Shown here in pieces: positions 11,854-24,800 of a stretch of 64,000 nt of DNA. Under the pieces are notes generated by a model that was not told where the DNA came from, made no database searches, and saw only the letters and a program-made list of their open reading frames with translations. The position numbers and the translations under genes are program-made. Each line of letters starts with the position of its first letter. The stretch's first letter is position 1. Source of the DNA: Phoronis australis (lineage: Eukaryota > Animalia > Phoronida); assembly GCA_002633005.1 (NCBI GenBank), contig NMRA01000230.1, positions 509,271-573,270 of the forward strand, given 5' to 3'.

Positions 11854-13334
11854 TTTTTGGTTTGAGTGACCGGTCAAACTTGGTCGGCGTTGATAGTGTA
11901 TTTTTGTCATGTTGTGGCAATTAGTTATTCCACAACGTATTCGAAGAGAACCTCCTAAGCAAAATACCTAACTGACTGACATGTTCAGTCTATACACAGA
12001 ATATGGTCAAAACAATGAGACTGTTATCAGAGAAACCGAGTCAGTCTTTTAGAACAGAAGTTGTAAAAATATCCAGCTCTGTGGATTTGCTTGATTGACT
12101 AAATTTAAGCTTCAAAGCATGCGAACACGGAAAAAAGAAAGTTGCAATGAAGTTGTTGATTTACAGATCCTCGCATTAACGTGTGTTCTGATAGGCAAAC
12201 CCCTGTGAAAACTGTTCTGTGTCACCTAAGCTGTCCATATTTTCAACATCCAGTCAGGGTTCTCCACAGCTGAAAGTTCAAACTCGACTGGAATTACAAA
12301 ATTTATGCATGTGTTTGAAAGTTCCTGCAAATTAAATTTAACTTGTTAGATGCATTTATCGTCATTATTTTGACACTTGTGACTGTCTCTTTATTTTGAT
12401 ACCAGTCCTTAGGGTTTATTTTGCATTACTCATCTCTATTTATAGCCTCAATAGCCTACTTTTGTATTCATGCGACTTCTGATTGGTCGCCCATATTTCC
12501 TTTGTTCAGTTCAACGTGGTCTCTCATTCAGCCACCTACACTGTACCTCGTCGTCTACAAGACATACGTTCGTTCTCTTCATTTTTCCCCCACCCCCCAT
12601 CCCGGGTGTCGGTTCCACTTTCTCTTTGCTCATATACATTTCCTGTTAGGTTTTTCAAGTTTTGTGTTCATGTTCTGTACTTCTCCCGTTTAAGCCCTTC
12701 AGGCAGTTCAATCCTCTTCTTGTTTTACTCTGCAACATAGCTCGTGGGGTATCCCGGGCAAAATAGATTACGATAAATACTGTGGGAAGTTATTGTAAGC
12801 CTTGGAATGTGTATTGACCGGGTTCCAAAAATTCAAAATGTCGTTATTTCTTTAAGAAATTTATTTAGTTATCTATCGGTGCACTGTGACTTCAAATTCA
12901 TTGCATAGGTTTTCAAACTTTTTACAAGTAAGCCAAACCCATCATGACAAAATTTATACTCTTTGTAGTGACAAGTCAAAGCAGTTTGTTGAGAACACTG
13001 ATAGCCTTTATTGTTGTTGCTGACTTTTTGTAATTTCGTTATCTGTATTCAGACAACTAATAATACAACTTCATTAAAAATTAAATTTAGAGGCAAAGTT
13101 GATTTTCATAACACATTAAAACCACAAACCTAAACAAAAATATTATTTATTTATCTTTTTCGATGGCATTTATAAGTTTGTAACGCTTACCAGGGTTATA
13201 CAGGGTTTATCAATTTTTCATTCCTAGGCTAAGGACAGCCATAGCAATTAGACTTGTTCGTGGAAGAACAATCAAAGGACGTGCTTATGACTATTTTAAC
13301 ATGTTATTGATAGTTATTCATTGTCTTTTTCAGA

Positions 13335-13790
13335 ATGTATGCTGTTGTGAATTTCACTGATGAGGGAAGTGCAGAAGTTGAACATTGTGTTGGGATTGTG
13401 TGAAGGGAAATGATATTGCAAACTACAGAGACGGTGACAGAATGAAGGAGACAACAAACACGTAAACAACAATGATAGCTTTCAAAACTGATGAATTGGC
13501 AAATGTTTTGAACACCGAGTCTTTCTAGCATTATGAACAAAACTGATTCTTTTTCAACTTTTATAGAATATTCCTTAGTATATAGAAGATTAGTTTTCCA
13601 TCACAAGCTAAACATGAAATTAAACTTTCTAAATATGAAACCAAAGATCTCTACATATGTTTTTGATGACTTTGCTTTGTTTTGAATTCAAACCTTACTT
13701 TCATGTATTTTTTCAATTTGCAGGGAAAGCTGTGCAAGATTTAGATTACGTCCAAGAACTTGGTAGTGACGAAGAAAATACAGATTGATT
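13335..13790 (+). pseudogene. Deleted remnant of a CACTA/EnSpm accessory gene (DUF4806-like N-terminus)
   Basis: MYAVVNFTDEGSAEV..., after a ttttcag acceptor, resembles the MYAVVEF start of these proteins; short terminal exon KAVQDLDYVQELGSDEENTD*. Confidence 0.4.
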
Positions 13791-15019
13791 TTGCAGTGCA
13801 TATTAACATGGGCCTGATTAAAAATATTTCATATTTTATTCAACTTGCAGATTGCATCTTAATTTCTTACTGATATGTTTCAGGCTGGTCTTTGTTAACA
13901 TTCTGTTTGGGCCCGATTTATTATGAAGACTCTGTGTTAAGAGACGTTTTCTAATACATTACAATGTAAATTCTTAGACAGTTGTAATAAATGCATTGTT
14001 GCAGTTGCTAAAATTACTTTAAATCCCAGTGCACTATATTCCATAGCTTGATTAACATTCATTTTTTCATTGGACTGTTTATGGTTACTTACTTGCTACT
14101 TCAATATTCATTTAGGAACATAGTTGTATTTTAGTTTATTGATTTAAATCTCGTGTTCTGTGTATTTCATGGTGCCCCATGGATCCATGTTTAAGTATCC
14201 TTGAAAATGTTTTTGTTGTATTTTACAAAATGTTTGGCATATGCATAATTGTTGTAGTCATAATTACTGTAACTTTGTCGATTTGCTCATATTTCTCTAT
14301 TTTATGTCCTGCAATGAAACTGTAATTACTGGAAAAGCTCACTTTGGTAACTATTACGCTAATGGAACAATGATCAATTTTTTTTTTTGTTCCAAACATA
14401 GTTTAGAGTAGTCTTTAATGTATAAACTCAAGCTTTGTAATCACCATTATTTTTTGAGTCTAGTATTCATGCGCGCAAAAATGGGGCGAATGAGAATGTG
14501 GACCTTCTACTGAGATTCAGGGGTTCGTTCAGAGTTATAAATTTTACATTCCTTGAATTTTTGCTGTTCCGGCCTTTTTAGTGGATTTTTGCTTTCTTCA
14601 TGTACCTTTTTCGATGTTTTTGTTTCTACAAGGCAGACCTTTTGCCGATTCTGTCAAATATGAGGCGCTCATTTGAACCCGCGATCCCCTCCCACCGGGT
14701 GCGCGCATAGTATTTATAAAGTCTTAAGCTTCATGGGTGAAGTATTTGTTTTTCCTAATTATAATGTTACTACAATTCTCATGAATGTCACTATGTGAGG
14801 CTTGCAACAATTTTAAATATTCACGGTCAAAATGAGATATTGCATCTTTGAAAGTTTTCTTGTGTGCAAATAGTTTATGCTTTACTTCATCATTACCATT
14901 TCTAGTATTCATCTTTTCTGATAATGATATGCTTTAATAAAATATTTAAAGAACACAGGAATGCCTTTAATGACACACTGCAATCTGTCAAGTTATGATT
15001 TCCTGTGCATATCCTGATG

Positions 15020-15278
15020 TACAACCGGAACATTGTTGTCGCCATCAATTGCTTGGGTGGCCCTGACTGTTCTTAACATGTTCTCCACTGTTTACCAACG
15101 TCGAACCTACCTGCGTCGTCGGTTATTATTCGGCTGTCGGGTCATCAGCGGCCCGACTGTGACGTTGTTACGACGTTGTTATCACGTTCATCCGATGGAC
15201 AAAATCACGTTGGTCCGACGTCAGGCGTAACGTGAGTTGTCGGACCTGCGTCGGACCACCGTCACCATACTATCTGGG
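15020..15278. mobile_element. Right end of a CACTA/EnSpm-type DNA transposon
   Basis: Array of cgacgttg/gtcggacc motifs ending in ATACTATCTGGG. Confidence 0.6.
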
Positions 15279-16404
15279 TTAGATATCACACCGGTTTTGG
15301 AGCGTTTGTTATGACAATCACAACGCCAACACTGTACAACAATCAAGCTAAGCCCTTGCTGTGAAAGCCGCCTCACGTCGGTGACGTGATTGTTTAACAC
15401 AGGTTTTGAATTATTATTTTGACAAGCCAATTGTAGTCCAAGTCAAACCGAAGTTCCGAGAGTGATATGCATGGACTGGAAGACCACACCTATAGTTTTT
15501 AATTATTTACCGAAGCACAGCTGGTTACAGGAATCATTTGTCCCTTGAGTACTAGATGGTGAGAACAAGAGTTAGTTTGAGAATTTATATGAACCCGGCG
15601 AGTTTAGCTGAATGTCTAGTCAAAACCTCGCCCTTAATTTAGTATCGACCAACAATGTCTGTTCCAAACGGTGCACTAATAATTACTACAACATTTCCAG
15701 TGAGTTTGTATGACGGGAACTCGTAATTAAAGTCATTAAAAGTTGCCACACAACGACAGTGTTTCCTACCAATTTTCAAATTTCCCCGACAGACTGATTA
15801 CACATTCCCTCGTTTATGTTTTTACAACAAATATTATCGACTTTGGAACACTACTCGCATAATTTTCGAATACCCTCATCTTTTGTTATTCACGAGCATA
15901 GATTATCGAATTTCCTCTCCCATCTTTATTGTCCATTATCTTCGTGTATTATCAAGTGGATTGATTTGAATTCTGAAAATAATTGTATGTATGGCCAGAT
16001 AATATTAGCTAACTCATTCTTGTTCATAAATGTTTTAACATGACGTGTTGCCGTATTGAACAATGGGCTCAGCAAGCCTCCAGCTTAAACTGCTGCTCTT
16101 TTATTTTCAAGAATTGTTTACAAAACAAATAGCCAATGTTGGCATCGCCATTAGTAGCACGTAATGAACTTGCATCTCTTACGTAATGTTCTACTTGGGG
16201 ACCGACTGCGGGACAGTAACATGACGTCACTATACAGTATAGGTACAGTGACAGAATATACAATACTTGAAGCGGACCTGCGTGATGTTTAAGAAGCGAT
16301 AGTTTGATTTAAACCAGTCACTTTTCTATAATTCGTCTCAGCTTGCTCTCAGAAATGATTTCCTTGTTTGCAAAGAACTGGCTGGTCGTTATTATTTTCA
16401 TAGA

Positions 16405-16567
16405 CCAGCCTTCCGTTCAGTAATGCTAGGACCTCGCTAACTTGAAAAGCAAGACTTCGCGAGGATACGTGAGATATTGTCGTGCATTTTAAATGAGAAC
16501 ACGTGACTTTGACTAGGTTTTAGCTAAGTCCTAGCGTAGGTCCTAGCGTCTACTGAACGCACGCCAG
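16405..16567 (+). mobile_element. MITE family A copy 2
   Basis: High identity to 11691-11853 and 23081-23250. Confidence 0.8.
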
Positions 16568-19500
16568 TTTTGCGCATGACATAACACCACTTGACATGCC
16601 AATTTTCAGAGCCTGTTCTCAAGCAATAGCTAATTGTCGGGTCTGTCGAAGTCCTGGATTACACTGTAAGTTTGACTAAAAACAGTTTGAGACGAATGAG
16701 ATATAATGTAATACGCATAAGGCATTCCCTAAAATAGGGGAATTTGAGATTAAAAATTCTAAATGTATTGTTCAAAGTGATCAAACATGTATGGAAGTCT
16801 ACTAAACAGTGTAAATATTGAAATGTCATATGAGATCTTGACTGCATCGATTAAGAAAAAGAAAAGTCATACAATCCCTTTCCATTCGCAGCAAGTCAAT
16901 TGTAGCTAATTTCTTAAAAGCCTACCAGTTTGGTTCTTGTTTCAGTAAATAGATGTCGCTCTACGCATCAGTGCAAAGTTGCACTAAATCAGTATGTAGG
17001 GAATTTCTGTTGTGCAACTTCATGTTGTATGCGGCGTGGCAAACAGGAAAACGCCGTGACAGGATCAAGAACAGATGATAAGTGAACGTGAAGCGGAATA
17101 GCCACCAGTAGGCGCTGGGGTACATATAGGGAGCTGGAGACACATTACCTGCCTCAAATAATTTTAAGACACTCTTTCCGCTGTGTTTCATTAAAACTCC
17201 GTGAAACAAATTTTCAACAGCAAAATAAATTATATATCAAATGACATTTTAACATGACACGTTTTTAAACTAACAGAATACAGTTTACATGTAGGAAATT
17301 GATTTTTGGATCTCTGGTGCCACACCAAGAAATTGGCCGTGAAGGTGTTTTTTTTATAAACTTAAAATATTGTAGAAACGCAAATATATCAGGGTTTGTT
17401 GTTTTCGAAATGTTTCTTCTTTTTAGGGGGGGATACTAGTGCCTCCTGTCAAAAATAGTTTTTGTTGTCGGCCGCTTACTGAAATAAAATTGGTATTATT
17501 TTGATCAGACTCGAAATGATATTTATGCTGGCTTGAAAAGAATCGGAAAATCTTAAGTGCATGAGGCCTTGTCTGCCACGGCTAATTAGATTCACACGCC
17601 AAAACAATATGCCCATCAGTTGAATTCAATACAATTTATTGCAACTAATTCTAATTCAAATAAAGTGGCAGATAATAACGCGATGACGCTGCCTTGGAAG
17701 AGTAGAAGCAACAGTAGTGCGCTTGTAAAAAAGGTGATGTTTTGAATACTAAAACACGTAAATGATTACATTTCAGTTTGTCATTTAGCAAAGATTTCTT
17801 GTAATGCCTTTGTGCATATGTATAAGGTACGGTAGACAATGTACATGTATGCTAATAAAGGGTGCCAGTGGAACTTATATATATGATGCTGTCCTACGGG
17901 TCTTTAAGTAAATCTCGATTAAGCGTCGTCGCATTCAGTTAGCTTATTTTGTTCATGTACAGTGTATCTCGAGCTTCCAAAGTCTAGTGATGTTGCAAAG
18001 TATGTGAACGCCACCTGTCGCACATCAGAATGGTTAGTGATACAATGTAGCCGATAGGTGGGGCTGTATGTCTGCAGACAGGACAAAACTTAGCACGATC
18101 ATGTCTTGAGGCCATGGTCAAAAATTTGTTCTACGAGGCAACACGTTCACGAAAAATGGGGCTATAAAGGCTTTTTCGAACATTGTTTACAGAAAACTCT
18201 CGTTATTTTTTTTCTTCATTCGTTCTCTTCATCTCCAAAAGCAGTTGATAAAGGGAAGAAAATCCAACCCAGACGGCCCATGTGTGTCTGCTAGCAAAAA
18301 AGCAGATCTCCTCCCCGTTTCACGTTTAACCTAATATTTGTTTATGATACTTAATTCCGTTAATGAAAAGTTATTGCTGCAAAAAGGCGCCTATCATGCA
18401 CGATTTCCGCAACATGTCAATCCCAAAGGCATGCATAATTATTGAATATTGCGACATATAAACTATATAACCAAAGTCACAAATCTCTCAAGTGATTGTT
18501 TCCGTTTTCGATACCTCAAGGGAAATCTGAAGAAAGGGAACATATTTTTTCATTTTACAATCTTTCCTAAATCCCAGTGCCATGATTTCATTTGCTATCT
18601 CTAGGGATGTTTCACGTCCATTTTGTGTGCCAGTCGTCGTTAAACTACATGATGTTTGGCAACATCACGCAAACATTAAGTGTTATAGCATGTATCCTGT
18701 TGAGATGCCATAGTACCGGTAAGAACAGTTCGACATACCATCCTATACTAATCCATTACGTGCCATTCTATCACGTTTTTTCCATTGTATTTCTAGGAAC
18801 TTACGTGTTCTGATTGCACAACATCAATCGCATGTTCCTACGGAATTGGCGTGCACACCGTGAACCCCGACTTCACTGCCTTTAGCTTTTCTTATTTGAA
18901 AGGGAACCGAATTATATTAAGATCGACAACGATTTTTGCATATAATTATCAACAATGAAATAATACTCGCTAGCCCTCAAACGTTTGTAACAACTTCTTT
19001 CAAATCCGGTTAAACCGGCAAGCGTAAACGTTAAAGGCGAGTTACAGACAACTGTGGAAAAAAACCATCCAAGAACTACCATGATACATCTAATGACTTA
19101 ATGAGTAAGTGTTTTAGTTGAATTTTTTATTACTCAGGTGAGACCCCGATGGTGCATTAGCAAGGCAAAGGACAACAAGTGTTTGAAAACCGGCACCAAA
19201 ACAGGTTTTAAAATAGATTGGTCTGCCATCTCCTACATTTGCCTATAAGGCTCAGGTTCGAAAAATCTCTGTTCACAGACAGACTTAAACAATTGTACTA
19301 ATTATCTCAGGCAATTCTTTGCAGGGGTTTTTAAGCACTTTTATGAACTTAAATCATGAATGGGAGGGAATCAAACTATGATGATTGCATAGATGGTCAC
19401 GTGATACACAGACTGGACAAATCAAACTTGCATTCGCCTTATTTAGCTGGTTGAAAAAGGATTCCGAAAATCAAATTCAGTCTTTACAGTCACAAAATGC

Positions 19501-20499
19501 TTTTCATGATATTCCTTACAATGACAGGGTTATATTTTCGTTACCAGCAAAACATCAAAATCATCTGCTACCCAGCTCTACATATGTACAAAGTTTATTG
19601 GAGTCACGGTTGGCCAAACCTGAAGTCGTGGATTCGAAAATAGCAAATGGTACATGTACGCCGTTGACTTTGAGTTGAGTTTCCGGCTCATTCGGGAGAA
19701 GTTCATGTCAGATGAGTGTAACAATGCTTATATACATGTAACTCTTGGTGAAAAATTCAACTTCGTTAGCTAACCAGTGCCTCTAAGTGCAGCTTTATCA
19801 ATTTGGAATGATGGTCCCTGGCTAGTAACACTGTTTTCACGTCGATCCCTGCAAATGTACTTTCTAAGACATCGGCAAGGCTCAAAATCATTGTGCCACG
19901 AGGTTCACTCGGAACTATTTCTTCGTGATCAATGGCAGAGTAACGGAAATCTGTTTTTCTTCTTATTGCAATCATATTGTTTCATCACATTTTAAATGCC
20001 GGTATCATGATTGTTAGACAGATGTCTGAGCTGCTGTTCTTCGATCACCGTGCTCAGATTTAGATCAATAATGCTGGCAATGGATGATACCAGTGATACA
20101 ATTCACCCGTAAACCATCTCATATTGAACGCGAGAAACTCGCGTGAAAGCGAGAAGCGATTGGCCAATGAGGTATGAATGTTTCCTTAAGCGATTATTTC
20201 TAACAGCAAGTGCTTCGCCAGTCAGTCTTGGGTCTACGGAACACATCCCTGTGATGTGACGATGACCACTTCGAAGTTGAAGATGAAGATGATGAATAAA
20301 TTGATCAGTGGAGATGAGGACGACGACGAAGATGACGATGACGATCATAACGATAACAACGATCGTGTATTTTGTCTATAGTACACCACCACGGGTGTAT
20401 CCAACTTTCTCTCTGTCTGTCTGCCTGCATATATATTTGCCTGACTCATAAGTCTGTCTTAGTCAATTGTACTTCTGTCTAACAATAATTAGCATACCC

Positions 20500-20645
20500 G
20501 ACGCACCCAGGGGGGCTCGGGGGGCTCGAACTAGCCCCCCATTTTGGCGAATGGGGCACATAGATCCTCGTTGATTTTTATCAGTAAAAGGTCCGCATAC
20601 CGGATATTTCGAGTACCCCTATATTTTAGGCTGGGTGCGCGCATG
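20500..20645. mobile_element. hAT-like MITE (cgcacccag...ctgggtgcg)
   Basis: Inverted ends with G/C-run subterminal tracts; related motifs at about 10050 and 14470-14710. Confidence 0.55.
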
Positions 20646-20731
20646 CCCGTGGCCAGAGGGATGTTAATACATTTTAGATCCCACCCTCCCCCAGCCACCC
20701 GCATTTCGAGTCCGTTTATTTGCAGTTTAGG

Positions 20732-20937
20732 ACACACAAAACCCGTTTTTGTAACAATGACCCTAGCCATCAAGTCTTTGCAGTTTCAGAGTAGACAACA
20801 TTTTTTGTGATGTGTTTTCCTTAAGTTTGGTGTACACACAAAATCCCTTTTTGTAACAATGACCCTAGCCATCCAGTCTTTGCAGTTTCAGAATAGACAA
20901 AAATTTCGTGATGCGTTTTCCTTAAGTTTGGTGTACA
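20732..20937. repeat. About 103-bp tandem duplication (2 copies)
   Basis: acacacaaaa...aatgaccctagccat...cttaagtttggtgtaca repeated with a few substitutions. Confidence 0.85.
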
Positions 20938-22325
20938 TGGACATGTACATGTACTGTAGATCGTAAGTGTGCACATTTTTGTAATTATCTTGTACTCCTT
21001 TCAGTGAAAAATCGTCGATGTTCAAGATTGCTGTCGAATACAGTGTATCAAGACCTAAATGGACGACAGAAATGAATTTCAATCAAATAATTTTGACTGT
21101 TTTGTTCACAAAAAGTGCCTGTGAAGAACTGGCGAAGGCAGAAAGATGCAATGGAAAAAGAATCACTTGATGGTTTTTTCATTAATTTCGCTTTGCAAAT
21201 GCTTTTGGCAAATGCGAACATCGATATTCAGCGCTTTCTCAGATTCGTATAAGATGCACGATTATTTCATGATCCTTTGGCTCATAGAAAAATGTCTCGA
21301 TTTATTGGTTTTGTCTCATTTAATGCACATAGCGCCCATCACACATATGAGACAATGTTTTGAGAAAGTATTTTATGAACGGAATAAATTCATAGAAGAA
21401 AAACAAATGAAAACTGTTTTGATCATCGCACACTGACCTTTGAATTACATTTGGAATTCATACCTAGGCAAACTTTACATTTTTCACGAGAAAATAACAG
21501 TGGTGTGATTACAAAGAACCATTTGTGACATTGAGTGAGATTTGCCAGCAACAGATAATTTGCAAATTTTCCTCTCCAGTAGTTCGACAGGTATGCTGAC
21601 TAGAACACGGCGGTGGAAATTCGTAGACAACGTTTACTTTTCAAAGAAAATTGCGTCCTTTATTAGCGTGGCGCTACACACCGTGTAATACCGTGGAGGT
21701 TCGGAAGAATGCATTGATAAAACATTCCCTAAAACACTTCATAATTTGAATACTGTGATGAGTTTTGCAGCATTTTCATCGCGCTTTGAAACATTGAAAC
21801 TTGAGTAAGCACTGCGGTCAGCAAAAGAATTTGCATACATTTTTCGAACTTATAATTAATGTCAGGGTGCTATGTCGCAGCTTTCGTAACTTTTAACTAG
21901 CGACACGATGAAACTTATTTAAGTCATTCACATAAGAAAAGTATAAGTGCCCTCCATAGTGGCAGACACAACAGTTGAACTTTAATCCGCGACCTACTTC
22001 ATCGGTCCCTAAAGAATTTACCTTGTGAACGTGAATATGAAATTATCTTGTTTGAAAACTGATCAAGAGAAAGCGAGAATCGTTTTACTATGACTAATGT
22101 TGTTATTAATTTCGTTTTTCGCGCATTTTGTATGTATTTGAACCACTGGCATTTGCAAAGCATGCATTGAAAAGCCATTAACCAATCTATGTGACTTTGG
22201 ACAAGGTAACATAAAATCAATGAATATTAAATCAGCTACACGCAAATACTAATGAGAAAGCGGGCGTTGCGGCACTAGCACAAATCACAATGGTATGTAA
22301 AACAAATTGGTTTTTGAAAACGATA

Positions 22326-22331
22326 TTTATT
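22326..22331 (-). terminator. Candidate polyadenylation signal of the neuropeptide gene (alternatives at 22727 and 22923)
   Basis: AATAAA on the minus strand 1.1-1.7 kb downstream of the stop codon. Confidence 0.35.
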
Positions 22332-23080
22332 AAGTTCTCTAGGTTGTACACAAACACGCAACAAAAACAATTTACTTGTTAGACGAATATTGGTGTGACA
22401 CAAACCAATTGTCACCGATCGGAATGTTCAGTTATGGAGGTGGCCTTGGGTTCCTTCGCTTCGAGACCATAACCCGACCCACTACGACACGATCATTGAA
22501 GCCGATTGCATGACGTCAGAAGTCTTCTTGATGTCATTCATTTTCTGGGTAGAATCTGCTTCATTTGAAACTCCCTGGACCTATGTTTTATAACTTTTAC
22601 TTTCAGGTTGTAAGTTGCCTTACATTTTTATAAAATTAATTATTTTTGCTTCAATACAAGCATTCACAAAACAACAACCGGCATCAAAAGAAAAAATGAA
22701 AAAGCACCGACCTAAATAAGCTGTTATTTATTTTGATTTGAGACAAATCCAAATTTTCAGCAAGCAACCTGGAATTATAGCTTCTGGCTCTATTGTGAAT
22801 TTTTTCCGAACGTAGGTCCACTCGTCTACTTTCAGAGTCGGAATGAAGGTTTGTATGACTTTGCAAATGAAACAGTGTCAGTGAGTGTCAAGGAGAGCAT
22901 TTTTTCGGGAAACGTGAAAAAATTTATTTCGATAACGTTTGTCTTATTGTTTACAAAATAAACTTAACTTACGGTACCCTCAGTACCCGTAAACTCCCTT
23001 ACTATTCATGCTGATCTTTCTTTCATGCCGATGTCGCTGGCACGTTTTCCGTTTATAAGCCACTGATTGCCGAAAGTACA

Positions 23081-23250
23081 CCAGCCTCCCGTTCAGTAAC
23101 GCTAGGACCTCGCTAAAAAGCAAGACTTCGCGAGATTACGTGAGATATTGCCGTGTACTTTAAATTAGAACACGTGACTTGGACTAGGTTTTAGCTAGGT
23201 CCTAGCGTAGGTCCTAGCGTAGGTCCTAGCGTCTACTGAACGCACGCCAG
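23081..23250 (+). mobile_element. MITE family A copy 3 (in the putative 3' UTR of the neuropeptide gene)
   Basis: Same family; the 12-bp unit aggtcctagcgt is expanded to 3 copies. Confidence 0.8.
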
Positions 23251-23982
23251 GGCTTACAAGTATATGTGGGATATATGAAAGGCCAAATATATGTGATTTT
23301 TCGAGTATATGCCCTATGCTTACTATTGGAAATTCCCGGTAACGTTTTTCGCACGCGATAAGTTCATTCTCTGTACGGCTGTTTACAATGTTCCTATATT
23401 TAATCAGTTGTTGTTTCACCAGACATTTTTTGAGTCGATTTGATCGAGATCTTTTGGAAAAACGCCACCTATAGTTATCATTTCATACCTTCTTCAGGTT
23501 ACAAAGTATAATTTCCAAGATCACCAGTTTCTCCATTTTAATGAATCTCTAAGCAAGGAGCGGAAACGTCAAATATTTTTCATCTTCACAAAGCCACAAT
23601 CCTGACGTAATTCACGGGGCTCGAGAACACCAAACGTAACTCAAGACACGCGTCATAATTAACAGCCATTGTGTGGAATTTGAAAGGTTGCAATTTGTGT
23701 CAACCATTTTGTCAATATTTAAGCCTCGCGTTAAATTTAGAGATCAGAATCTCGATCCTTTTTGAGCCGAAACATAGCATACTTCTCCACATCACACAAC
23801 ATCAAACGTTCGTTGACAGAAAGTTAAAGTCCTTTTCGGAACCATCTTATGTCATCAGCACGATTAATAACATACATCGAAGCGCGTCGTTGGTTGAGAC
23901 TCACGCCAAATGGCATTTTGCTTGCGTTTGGTGTTTTCATGGGTATGACCTGCCACGTTACAGCAAATTTGAATGTCATTTT

Positions 23983-24800
23983 CTAGTCAGATGTCGTTCT
24001 CTTCTGTTTATTCGCAGATCTTCCAAGACGCATCACTGGCAGAGCTCGATTTTCTGGCGAGGGAATGGTATCTCCTGTTACTTCAAAAGGTCGTTTTCCA
24101 AGACGTGCAACTCCCATCGCACGATTGTCATTTAACCGTTTGCCAAGTCGCATCAAAGCAGTTGCTCGTTTGTTGGCTATCATTTCGTTTTCTGGACCAA
24201 GGGCGGGAATGTTTGAGCGAAGCTTATAGCCAAGACGAGGAGTTAAAATTCCATAGTGCCTAAAATCTTCAGTTAAATCTAGATCTCCACGTTTGAATCT
24301 CTCCGATTCGATACCTTTTTGCAGAGTGTTTGCCTTATCACCGCCTTTGCTGTTTTCCATTTGAGGTTGGTTCTGTTGATTCACGTCGCGTTTGGAGCGC
24401 CCAAGTCGAGGTTCAGACGTTTGCCTTAAGTCATCGTCTCTTTGTACATCGTCAAAGAAAAATTGAAGTTTTTTATACACGGAATATAGGTCTTCAATAA
24501 TCGCTGATTCGTCAAGCCCAGCTTCCAGTTCGCGTCCAAATCTCGGCTGCTTTGTTATTTGTCGCCGTTCGTATGCATTCTCGATCTCCGACTCGGGGTA
24601 AACAAATTCAAAGCGGTCTTCGACGTAGTTTCTTAAAGGAAGGCTCGAGTCCCCTCTCTTTCCAAGTCGTAGAGCGTGTAGCGGGCGTTTACCCAGTCTC
24701 ACCCGGCCCATTGCTCGATTGAATCTCTCAAATGAAGTGTCACGTCTAGTTCGACTACTTGAGGTCTCTTCACTGGACGCCAGTGCTACTACGGCGAAAA
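23983..24800 (-). CDS. Myomodulin-type neuropeptide precursor, exon 2 (peptide-coding)
   Basis: ttttgtttcag acceptor at 24801; amidated peptides flanked by R/KR and G-KR/G-R: AMGRVRLa, PLHALRLa, ATALMRLa, AMGVARLa, ALPVMRLa, QITKQPRFa, QTSEPRLa; acidic spacers. Confidence 0.93.

Noticed and set aside
16953-17078. Alternative frame MSLYASVQSCTKSVCREFLLCNFMLYAAWQTGKRR (PAN-like Cys spacing, GKRR)
   Set aside because: No signal peptide or supporting exon; probably chance
23671-24263. Plus-strand ORFs of 154 and 96 aa
   Set aside because: Antisense shadows of the neuropeptide exon and 3' UTR, with no motifs
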